NCBI GenBank assembly: GCA_035575715.1
Contig: DATLXN010000011.1
Coordinates: 6,354-70,353, forward strand
Direction of reading: 5' to 3'
Source of the DNA: Vicinamibacterales bacterium
Lineage (GTDB): Bacteria > Acidobacteriota > Vicinamibacteria > Vicinamibacterales > UBA2999
DNA length: 64,000 bases
Shown: positions 53,351-61,133 of the stretch, piece after piece
How the letters are laid out: each line of letters opens with the position of its first letter
Numbering within the stretch: position 1 is the stretch's first letter
Translations under genes and position numbers: made by a program
Notes under the pieces: generated by a model
Database searches by the model: none
Seen by the model: only the letters and a program-made list of their open reading frames with translations
What the model was told of the DNA's origin: nothing

Positions 53351-54649
53351 GTGATTGCCCGCGCGCTGACCAAAGTCGGACTCGTCACTCCCCAGCAACG
53401 GGCCTGGGCGTCGTATGACTGGGCCAACTCCGCCTACTTCACTACCATCGTCACCGCGGTCTTCCCGGCGTTTTACGCCAGCTACGCTTCGGCCGGCCTC
53501 GAACCGGCACAAGCCACTGCACGCTTTGGCGCGATCACCACGGCGTCGGTCGCGCTGATCGCCGTCTCGTCGCCAATCCTCGGCGCCATTGCCGATTACA
53601 CCGGCATCAAGAAAAAGCTCCTCGCCATCTTCATGATGGTCGGCGCGACGTCAGCCGCGGCGATGGTCCTGATCCAGCGCGGTGACTGGATGCTCGCGTC
53701 GCTCCTGTTCGTCATCGGCAACATCGGGGCGTCTGGCACAACGGTGTTTTATGACTCGCTGCTGCCGCATGTGGCTCGGCCGGACGAAACCGACCGGGTG
53801 TCATCGGCGAGCTATGCCCTCGGGTATCTCGGCGGCGGCATTCTGTTGCTGCTCAACCTTGCGTGGATCCTGCAGCCGCAGACTTTTGGCTTTGCCGACA
53901 CGGTGGCGGCGACCAAGGCGTCGTTTGTCAGCGTCGCGGTGTGGTGGGTGGTGTTTTCGATCCCGTTGCTGCTGCGCGTGCCGGAGCCGCCGGTCGTGCT
54001 CGAACCCGGCGAGGGCGTCGGCACCAACGTGGTGGTCGCCGCGTTTGGACGGTTAGGCCGGACCTTCAAGGAGATTCGCCGCTACAAGCACGCCTTCCTG
54101 TTCTTCATCGCCATGCTGCTCTATCAGGACGGCATCCAAACCATCATCCGGATGGCGTCAGTGTTTGGCGCGGAGATGGGGATTGATCAGAACGCGCAGA
54201 TCGCGGCGTTCGTGATGGTGCAGTTCCTCGGCATCCCGTTTTCGTTTCTGTTTGGCGCGTTAGGCGCGCGCATCGGCACCAAGCGCGCGTTGTTTGTCGC
54301 GTTGGCGGTCTACACCATGACCTCGATCATGGGCTTCTTCATGCAGACGGTGACGCATTTCTTCATCCTCGCGGGAATGGTGGCGACCGTGCAAGGCGGC
54401 GCGCAAGCGCTCAGCCGCGCATTGTTTTCGCGGCTGATCCCGGTCAAAAAAGCGTCCGAGTTTTTTGGGTTTTATGCGGTCGCTGAACGGTTCGCGACGG
54501 TGCTGGGGCCGTTGGTGTTCACGCTCAGCGTGATGATCACGGGATCGAGCCGCTTCGCGATCCTGTTCATCATCGTGTTCTTCGCCGCTGGTGCTGTCGT
54601 GTTGTCGCTGGTCGACGAACGGGAGGGCATGGCGGCGGCGCAGAGTTGA
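53351..54649 (+). CDS. MFS transporter (UMF1/Atg22-like family)
   Basis: About 12 TM segments. The N-terminal signature WASYDWANSAYFTTIVTAVFPAFY matches my recall of the UMF1 family. Confidence 0.7.
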   Translation: MIARALTKVGLVTPQQRAWASYDWANSAYFTTIVTAVFPAFYASYASAGLEPAQATARFGAITTASVALIAVSSPILGAIADYTGIKKKLLAIFMMVGATSAAAMVLIQRGDWMLASLLFVIGNIGASGTTVFYDSLLPHVARPDETDRVSSASYALGYLGGGILLLLNLAWILQPQTFGFADTVAATKASFVSVAVWWVVFSIPLLLRVPEPPVVLEPGEGVGTNVVVAAFGRLGRTFKEIRRYKHAFLFFIAMLLYQDGIQTIIRMASVFGAEMGIDQNAQIAAFVMVQFLGIPFSFLFGALGARIGTKRALFVALAVYTMTSIMGFFMQTVTHFFILAGMVATVQGGAQALSRALFSRLIPVKKASEFFGFYAVAERFATVLGPLVFTLSVMITGSSRFAILFIIVFFAAGAVVLSLVDEREGMAAAQS

Positions 54650-54660
54650 TTGCGCCGCCG

Positions 54661-54695
54661 CACTCAGCACTTAGCACTTAGCACTTAGCACTTTA
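54661..54695. repeat. five tandem heptamers CACTCAG CACTTAG CACTTAG CACTTAG CACTTTA
   Basis: Read directly from the sequence. The last unit contains the stop codon (TAA on the minus strand, 54693-54695) of the TPR gene. Confidence 0.9.
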
Positions 54696-55685
54696 TTGCC
54701 CCGCCCCGGCAAGGCGCTGGCGCGCCGCCGGGCGCGCGATGGCGGCCTGGAGGTTGTGCACGTTCGACTCCAGCGTGCGGCGGTAATATTGGCGGGCGTT
54801 AGCGGTGTCGCCGTTCGCCTCGTAGGCCATCCCGATCATGTTGAGAATGAACGGGTCAGCGAGGTTGCCTTGCGTCAGTTGCGCGATCGCACGTTCGTAA
54901 TCTTTTGCGTAAAAGGCGACGTAGCCGGCCACCCACCGATAGAGCTCGTTGTCGTCGCTCGCCTTCCCGCGCTTCTGCATGATCGATTCGAACTCGGTCA
55001 CCAGCCGGCGCGCTTCGTCGATTTTGCCTTCGCGCGCGGCAATGCGGGCCTGTGAATGACGCCACCGTAGTTCCCACAGCATTTGCTCGGCCTCCGGTTG
55101 CGACGGCAGCGGACGCCATTCGCGATACCCGAGCTCGTACCACTTACGGCCGTTGGCCACGTCGCCGGCTTCCAGATAGACGCGGCCGATCGAACGGGCA
55201 GACGCGCCGGCACCCGCCGTATCGCCGTCGACTTGTTGCTGGCGCCGCACGGTTTCGTAGTGACGCTGCGCTTCGGCGGGCTTGCCCTCGAACACATACG
55301 ACAGCGCCAGGGCGCCGGTCGCCTGATTGCGAACGGTCGACGTCGGCGCGCTGGAGATCGCGCGCTGCAGGTGGTTGCGGGCTTCGGGATACTGTCCCTT
55401 GAGATTAAGCAGGATGCCCAGAGCGCTCGCCGCTTCGAACGAGCGGGCATGGAGGTTGAGCGCTTGCCGATACAGTCGCTCCGCCTCATCGTACTTGCCT
55501 TGGGTCATCAACGTGCGGCCCTGTTTGACCAGGGACTCAGGGTCGGGGGCTTGCGCGGCGACCGACCCCCCACCTGCCCCAAGCATGACCAGCGCGACAG
55601 CAGTAGGCAGGTAACAGCGCATAGCGAGGATTCTACGCCAGCCGTTTGCTCGAGCGAAGCGGTGCCAGCGCGCCACCGGCGTCAT
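54693..55685 (-). CDS. TPR-repeat protein, probably secreted
   Basis: Several TPR units (YDEAERLYRQALNLHARSFEAASALG and others). A signal-like segment begins after Met22, so the start could be at 55622 instead of 55685. Confidence 0.65.
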   Translation of the reverse strand: MTPVARWHRFARANGWRRILAMRCYLPTAVALVMLGAGGGSVAAQAPDPESLVKQGRTLMTQGKYDEAERLYRQALNLHARSFEAASALGILLNLKGQYPEARNHLQRAISSAPTSTVRNQATGALALSYVFEGKPAEAQRHYETVRRQQQVDGDTAGAGASARSIGRVYLEAGDVANGRKWYELGYREWRPLPSQPEAEQMLWELRWRHSQARIAAREGKIDEARRLVTEFESIMQKRGKASDDNELYRWVAGYVAFYAKDYERAIAQLTQGNLADPFILNMIGMAYEANGDTANARQYYRRTLESNVHNLQAAIARPAARQRLAGAGQ

Positions 55686-56536
55686 TGCACCGCCTGTAGT
55701 GCGATCAACGCTTCGACGGGCATGCCCCGTTTAAGGACGCCGTCCTTGTTGTCAACCTCGACCCGCACGCGGTATGCCAGCTTCGACCGTTCGGCAGCGT
55801 TTTGCGCGTTGCGCGGGGTGACTTCCGCTTTGGCGGAGATGTAGCTGACCGTTCCGGCCCTGCCGCTGCCGCTGGCATCGGCAAACACGATCGCCGCCAG
55901 GCCGAGGCGAAGGCGCGGGTGCAGTGGCTCGGATACGAACACGTCTGCCCAGGCTTCCGCGAGATTACCAATCACGGCGATCGGCGACCGCGGCCCGATC
56001 ACTTCGCCCACTTCGACCAGTCTTTCGGCGACGATGCCGGCGGTAGGCGAGCGCACGGAGGTGTCGTTGAGCGCTGCTTCGGCGGTAGCGACTTGCGCTT
56101 GTGCAGCGGCCACACGCGCGCGCGCCGCGCCAAGGTCTTCGGGCCGCGCATCGCCTTGCAGCAGCTGTAATTGCGCTTCGGCTTCGCTCTTCGCGGTGCG
56201 GGCGCGGTCAATGTTCAATTCAATGTCGCGGCTATCGATCCGCGCGACCAGCGTGTTGGCCTTGACGCGGTCCCCGACGTTGACATTGAGCAAGACGATG
56301 CGGCCACCGATCTTGGAGGCTAAACGGACATCAGTGGCCTCGACGTAACCGGAGGCGCGGATGTCGTTCGCCGCAGGCGGTTCGGTGCACGCAGCACTGG
56401 CCGCGATCACTACGAAGACCGCGCAACGAATGCCCCCAGCGCCACGTTCCGCGAACTGAGCCCAGCACCCACGTTTCATGACCTGCACGCAAGTTCCATG
56501 ACCGCACCCCCTCTGGCGAATGTGCACAGTGAGCAT
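55682..56536 (-). CDS. HlyD-family periplasmic adaptor (membrane fusion protein)
   Basis: Beta-barrel/lipoyl motifs (GYVEATDVRLASKIGGRIVLLNVNVGDRVKA, VRSPTAGIV) and a short coiled coil. The likely real start is ATG 56479 (MKRGCW...AASAAC, lipobox-like). Confidence 0.7.
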   Translation of the reverse strand: MLTVHIRQRGCGHGTCVQVMKRGCWAQFAERGAGGIRCAVFVVIAASAACTEPPAANDIRASGYVEATDVRLASKIGGRIVLLNVNVGDRVKANTLVARIDSRDIELNIDRARTAKSEAEAQLQLLQGDARPEDLGAARARVAAAQAQVATAEAALNDTSVRSPTAGIVAERLVEVGEVIGPRSPIAVIGNLAEAWADVFVSEPLHPRLRLGLAAIVFADASGSGRAGTVSYISAKAEVTPRNAQNAAERSKLAYRVRVEVDNKDGVLKRGMPVEALIALQAVQ

Positions 56537-56696
56537 ACTGAAGTAAGGCGTGCGGCATGTACCGGATCACCCGGTCATGCGGCATAGTAATGAACATCAG
56601 CAGCTGAGCTCGGCCTGGTGCGGCGCCCGGCCTCGCTCGTATCCCCGCCACATTACGGGGCGCGGAATATGCAGCGTCGCACGCGGGAGAAAACTT

Positions 56697-57185
56697 ATGA
56701 CCCACGTCTTACTGACTGTTGCCACCTTTCTGGCCCTGACCCTCTCCGCCTCGGCCCAAACTCATCCAGACCACTCCGGCACCTGGAAAATGGATGAGGC
56801 CAGGAGCGAGTCCGCCGGTCACGAGGGCTTCACCAGCCCGGTCATCTGGACCATTAAGCATAGCCAGGACGTGATGGTGCTCGACCTTCAACGTGGCCCC
56901 AAGACCTTCACGTTGACCTATAAGGTCTTCGATAAGCCCCCGGCAGGTCCGGCCACCGAAGGCGTACCCTCTTACCGCGCCTATTGGGACGGCGATGCCC
57001 TGATCACCCTGACCGCGCAAAACATTCAGGGTCAGACGGTCACGACCCGCGAGACCCGCCGGCTGCAGAACGGCGGTCGCGAGCTGGTCGTCGAACGCAT
57101 TCTCACCGTCGAACACGGCTACACCCTGAAGGGCGCGCAGAATTACAGCACTGCCAAGGACGTGTTCACGCGCGTCTCACCCTAA
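56697..57185 (+). CDS. small secreted hypothetical protein
   Basis: The start was set to ATG 56697 (MTHVLLTVATFLALTLSASAQ). 162 aa with no recognisable motif. Confidence 0.5.
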   Translation: MTHVLLTVATFLALTLSASAQTHPDHSGTWKMDEARSESAGHEGFTSPVIWTIKHSQDVMVLDLQRGPKTFTLTYKVFDKPPAGPATEGVPSYRAYWDGDALITLTAQNIQGQTVTTRETRRLQNGGRELVVERILTVEHGYTLKGAQNYSTAKDVFTRVSP

Positions 57186-57224
57186 ATGCTGAGGACCCCG
57201 CTGACCCAGATGCAGTTGGCCAAC

Positions 57225-57263
57225 TCTGTGTCATCGGTGAAATCTGTGGGCGGCTTTTCTGTG
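57225..57263. repeat. three TCTGTG words upstream of the epimerase-family gene
   Basis: TCTGTG occurs at 57225, 57243 and 57258. This is the inverse of the CACAGA words at 43851-43882. Confidence 0.7.
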
Positions 57264-57271
57264 GTCTTGTA

Positions 57272-58165
57272 ATGCAAGTCGTCATTGCCGGCGGGTCCGG
57301 CTTCCTCGGCCGCCCACTCACCGCCCGATTACAACGCGACGGGCACGTCGTGCGAGTGTTGACGCGCCGTCCGCGCCCTGGCGTTGCCGACGAGATTGCC
57401 TGGACGCCGGATGGCACCGCCGGACCATGGGCTCGTGCCCTCGAGGGTGTCGATGCGGTGATCAATCTGTCCGGCGAAGGCATCGCCGACAAGCGATGGG
57501 ACGACGCGCGGAAAGCGGCGCTGCGACAGAGTCGCGTGGCGACCACGCGCAGTCTGGTAGCGGCCATCCGACAAGCGGCCCAGCCGCCGAGAGTGTTGGT
57601 CAGCGGCTCGGCGGTCGGATACTACGGGCCGCGCGGTGACGAACTGGTCACCGAAGCGACGCCGCCAGGCGCCGACTTCCTGTCTGATCTCTGTGTCGAA
57701 TGGGAACGCGAAGCCGAACAGGCGTCGTCGACAACGCGCGTGGTGATTGTGCGCACCGGCCTGGTGATGCACCCAGACGGCGGCGCACTCGCCAAGATGC
57801 TCCTCCCCTTCCGCATCGGCCTGGGCGGTCCGCTCGGCTCCGGCACGCAGTACATGCCGTGGATCCATCTCGACGACTGGATGGACCTGATCGTGTGGAT
57901 GCTCACGACGCCCGGTGCACGCGGTGCCTTCAACGGCTGCGCGCCGAACCCAGTGACCAACGCCGAGTTCACCCGCGCGCTGGCCGCCGCGGTCAGCCGT
58001 CCCGCGGTGGTGCCGGTGCCCGGGTTTGGGCTGCGCCTCCTGCTGGGGGAGTTTGCCGCGTCGCTGTTGAGCGGCCAACGTGCGATCCCGTCGCGCGCGC
58101 AAGAAATGGGCTTTGGCTTCCGCTTCAGCGAAATCTCAGCTGCGCTCCGTGACTTGATCGCCTAA
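57272..58165 (+). CDS. NAD-dependent epimerase-family protein (YfcH/TIGR01777-like)
   Basis: The start was set to ATG 57272 (MQVVIAGGSGFLGRPL, Rossmann GxxGxxG). The C-terminal extension is typical of DUF1731-containing YfcH proteins. Confidence 0.7.
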   Translation: MQVVIAGGSGFLGRPLTARLQRDGHVVRVLTRRPRPGVADEIAWTPDGTAGPWARALEGVDAVINLSGEGIADKRWDDARKAALRQSRVATTRSLVAAIRQAAQPPRVLVSGSAVGYYGPRGDELVTEATPPGADFLSDLCVEWEREAEQASSTTRVVIVRTGLVMHPDGGALAKMLLPFRIGLGGPLGSGTQYMPWIHLDDWMDLIVWMLTTPGARGAFNGCAPNPVTNAEFTRALAAAVSRPAVVPVPGFGLRLLLGEFAASLLSGQRAIPSRAQEMGFGFRFSEISAALRDLIA

Positions 58166-58177
58166 TCACGAGCGTTG

Positions 58178-58210
58178 ATTCCGTGGTTCAGCGCTTCCGT
58201 GCAACGTGCC
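58178..58210. repeat. TTCCGTG-N9-TTCCGTG element, second copy
   Basis: TTCCGTG occurs at 58179 and 58195, the same 16-nt period as 40718/40734. It lies between convergent gene ends. Confidence 0.8.
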
Positions 58211-58212
58211 GT

Positions 58213-59472
58213 CTACAAGAAATTCGGCGCGCCCGCTTTGAAGTCCGCGCCGAGAATCGACACCGAGTTACTGCCTAACCAGTTATCGAGCACCTTGGCG
58301 TACACCGAACGGAAGTCGGTCTCGAACTTCACATCGCCGGCGTTGTTCTCGAGATGGGGGTTGGCGGCATCCTGACGCAAGTCTGCAGCAGTGCCAAAGA
58401 TGCCGCCGCGCACGCCACCACCGAGCGCCATCATCACCCCGGCCGCGCCGTGGTCAGTGCCGGCACTGCCGTTCTCGTTGATCCGCCGTCCGAATTCCGA
58501 AAACACGATCACCAGCGTCGAACCGAGCAGCCCCTGGTTGTTGAGATCCTGGTAAAACGACAGCACGCTGTCGTTCAACGTGCCCATCAAGTTCACGTAG
58601 GCGCCTTGGTTGGCGCCTTGACCCGAGTGGGTATCAAAGCCGCCGGTCTGGACCCAGAACACCTTGGTCCCGATGCGGCGATTCATCGCACCCGCCACCG
58701 CGCGAAGCGCCTGACCGAGGCCATTATTCGGATAGGTCAACGACGGCGTGTAGGAGGCGACCCGCGCCACCTGATCGAGTGTGCCCAACGCGGCCTGCGC
58801 CGTGGAGTTCACGAATGAGAGATGCGGCCGGTCGACCGGGAGATGCGACGAGATCTTGGTCGCCGCGGTTCGTTCGAGTACCGCTTCGGTGCCGCTATTG
58901 GGACTGGAGAACGCGTAGGTCGCCGGATTGGTGATCGCCGGCACGCCCACCGTGCGCGCCATCAATGGCCGCGGTGTTTCCCGTGTCGTGTTCCAGCCGA
59001 CGAGCGGGTCCACCGGCGACGGCAGCGTATCGAGATAGCGGCCGAGCCAACCGGTGCCTTGGGTGCTGGTCGGATTGGCCGTGCCCCAAATGTCGAATCC
59101 CTGGAAGTGCGATCGGCTCGAGTTCTGATAGCCGGTGCGCTGCATGATGGCCAGGCGCCCTTCATCGAAAATCGACTTCAACCCGGTCAGGCGCGGGTGC
59201 AGGCCCAGCTCGACGCCCGATGAATCGGTGCCGATCTGAATGACGTTACCCGCTGGGATCGCCAGCGTCGGCCGCCGGCTGTAATACGCCGCATCGCGGT
59301 ACGGAATCAGTGTGCTCAGCGCGTCGTTGCCGCCGCCCAGATAGAGCACCACCAGATTGCGTGACGGCGCGGCCTGGGCCAGCGCCAGCTCGGTCAGGAA
59401 CTGTGGCGCAGCGAAGCCCACCGTAAATGCCGAGACGCCGCCTTTGACGAACTGTCGTCGTGTGAAATTCAT
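58213..59472 (-). CDS. DUF1501-family protein (sulfatase/phosphatase-like fold) with Tat signal
   Basis: MNFTRRQFVKGGVSAF is a twin-arginine motif. The protein follows a DUF1800 gene, the typical pairing. Confidence 0.7.
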   Translation of the reverse strand: MNFTRRQFVKGGVSAFTVGFAAPQFLTELALAQAAPSRNLVVLYLGGGNDALSTLIPYRDAAYYSRRPTLAIPAGNVIQIGTDSSGVELGLHPRLTGLKSIFDEGRLAIMQRTGYQNSSRSHFQGFDIWGTANPTSTQGTGWLGRYLDTLPSPVDPLVGWNTTRETPRPLMARTVGVPAITNPATYAFSSPNSGTEAVLERTAATKISSHLPVDRPHLSFVNSTAQAALGTLDQVARVASYTPSLTYPNNGLGQALRAVAGAMNRRIGTKVFWVQTGGFDTHSGQGANQGAYVNLMGTLNDSVLSFYQDLNNQGLLGSTLVIVFSEFGRRINENGSAGTDHGAAGVMMALGGGVRGGIFGTAADLRQDAANPHLENNAGDVKFETDFRSVYAKVLDNWLGSNSVSILGADFKAGAPNFL

Positions 59473-59482
59473 CGCGGTGCCT

Positions 59483-60937
59483 CTAGTTGAACTGGTACTC
59501 GGACGACGCGACGATCAGCCGCGCTAAGCCGGCGCTCTTGTTATTCAGCTGCGTCTCGTTGCCGGTCCATGCGCCACCGGCGCGCAGGTACTCGAGCAGC
59601 GCGTTGTAGACGTCAGTCGACATCGGCGCATAGGTAAAGTGATTGAGCATGTAGTCGAGGACACGTTCAGGCGTTTGGCGGTAGTCGGCAAGCTCGCGGC
59701 CCAGATTGAACTTCTGATTGGCCATCAACGTCGCGGCGAAATTCATCCGTGCCAGCATCGAGGCAGTGGAAAACCATTCCGGACCGAGGGCCCAGCCGTT
59801 GACGTCGGGTGGCTCATACAGGCTCTGACCCATATTGGCAAGCGGGGTCATCGCCGCATCCACTGACAACCCGTTCCAGCCGGTCTCTTTGATCGCCCGA
59901 ACGACGAATTCAACCGGCCAGGAGTAATGCCCGAATGTCGACCCGAGAAACGCCTCACTGGTAAACAAGCGACGCAACACCGCTTTGATGTTGCCGTCGT
60001 TCTGCATATAGACATTCGCGAGGTCGCTGATCACGCGAGCATCCGGGGCGGCCACCTCGCTGACGAAGAAGGCGTACAGTTTCTGCACCAGGCGATGCGC
60101 AGTGGCTGGTTGGCGCGCCAGGGCGGCGATCAGATCGAGCCCGTCCTGCATCCCCTGCGATGCGGCGCGGGCCGGAATGCGCTTGCCGCCGTCGGTATAC
60201 ACCGCAAACGTGAAGTCTTTGGCGGTGACGTCATGGTTGGCTTCGTTGAAGACGAACTCGTAGTACGACGTGTCTGCGGTCGTCCGATCGCCGGAGAAGC
60301 GGACGCTCCATCCGGTGAACACCCGCGCCGCAGCCACGACATCGGCTTCCGTGTACTGGCCGATGCCAATCGTGAACAGCTCGAGGATCTCGCGGCCAAA
60401 ATTCTCTTGCGGACGCTGACGGGTGTTGTTCCGACCATCGAGCCAGACCAGCATCGCGGGATCGCGCGATACTTCGGTCAACAACTCGCGGAAGTTGCCG
60501 GTCGCCATGTTGCGGAACAACTGGTATTGGCCACGCATATGGCCTGCGGTCTGATCGCTACGGCCGGCCATCATCTTGGTGGCATGCACTGATCCGAACG
60601 TCCCGTTGACCTTGCTGAAGGCGGTCGCGAAATGGTTGTGCCAGAACAGCGCCATCTTCTCTTGCAGCGGACGGCGGCTGTGCACCATGCGAAACAGCTC
60701 GCGTTGGCGCGCGTCGTTGACCACCGTGTTCGGTGCAAACTGCCCACGCGTGGTGACCGACACGTATTCCGGCTTGTTGATGTGGTCATCAACATCGTCT
60801 GGTTCCTGCTCGTAATTGAGCAGATTGTCGATAACGCTCCCGAGGGAGGCCCCGGAATAGCGAGCTAGGTCGGCAGTGCTGGCGCCGAATCCGATGCGGC
60901 GGAGCACATGTTCAAGCGTGCGATCACCCCTGGGCAT
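59483..60937 (-). CDS. DUF1800-family protein
   Basis: 484-aa ORF with FWHNHFAT-type and LDGRNN-type motifs that I recall from DUF1800. It sits immediately upstream of the DUF1501 gene. Confidence 0.65.
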   Translation of the reverse strand: MPRGDRTLEHVLRRIGFGASTADLARYSGASLGSVIDNLLNYEQEPDDVDDHINKPEYVSVTTRGQFAPNTVVNDARQRELFRMVHSRRPLQEKMALFWHNHFATAFSKVNGTFGSVHATKMMAGRSDQTAGHMRGQYQLFRNMATGNFRELLTEVSRDPAMLVWLDGRNNTRQRPQENFGREILELFTIGIGQYTEADVVAAARVFTGWSVRFSGDRTTADTSYYEFVFNEANHDVTAKDFTFAVYTDGGKRIPARAASQGMQDGLDLIAALARQPATAHRLVQKLYAFFVSEVAAPDARVISDLANVYMQNDGNIKAVLRRLFTSEAFLGSTFGHYSWPVEFVVRAIKETGWNGLSVDAAMTPLANMGQSLYEPPDVNGWALGPEWFSTASMLARMNFAATLMANQKFNLGRELADYRQTPERVLDYMLNHFTYAPMSTDVYNALLEYLRAGGAWTGNETQLNNKSAGLARLIVASSEYQFN

Positions 60938-61029
60938 TAGCTGTCCTCGTGAAAGAGATACCGATCCTAGCCCAGCAAGGGGGAATCGGCGTGGTGGATT
61001 TGACCGCCACCACCCCGCCGGGGTTTAAC

Positions 61030-61116
61030 GAAAGAAGAAAGAAGAAAGAAGAAAGACGGAAATAACGCTTTCGTCTTTCGTCTTTCGTCTTCCGTCTTCC
61101 GTCTTCCGTCTTCCGT
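61030..61116. repeat. purine-heptamer array (GAAAGAA x3, GAAAGAC, GGAAATA) facing a pyrimidine-heptamer array (CTTTCGT x3, CTTCCGT x4); foldable as a long imperfect hairpin
   Basis: Units counted by hand. GAAAGAC (61051-61057) pairs perfectly with GTCTTTC (61073-61079). Neighbouring units pair at 5-6 of 7 positions. Confidence 0.9.
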
Positions 61117-61133
61117 TGGCAGGAGGCCTGTGC

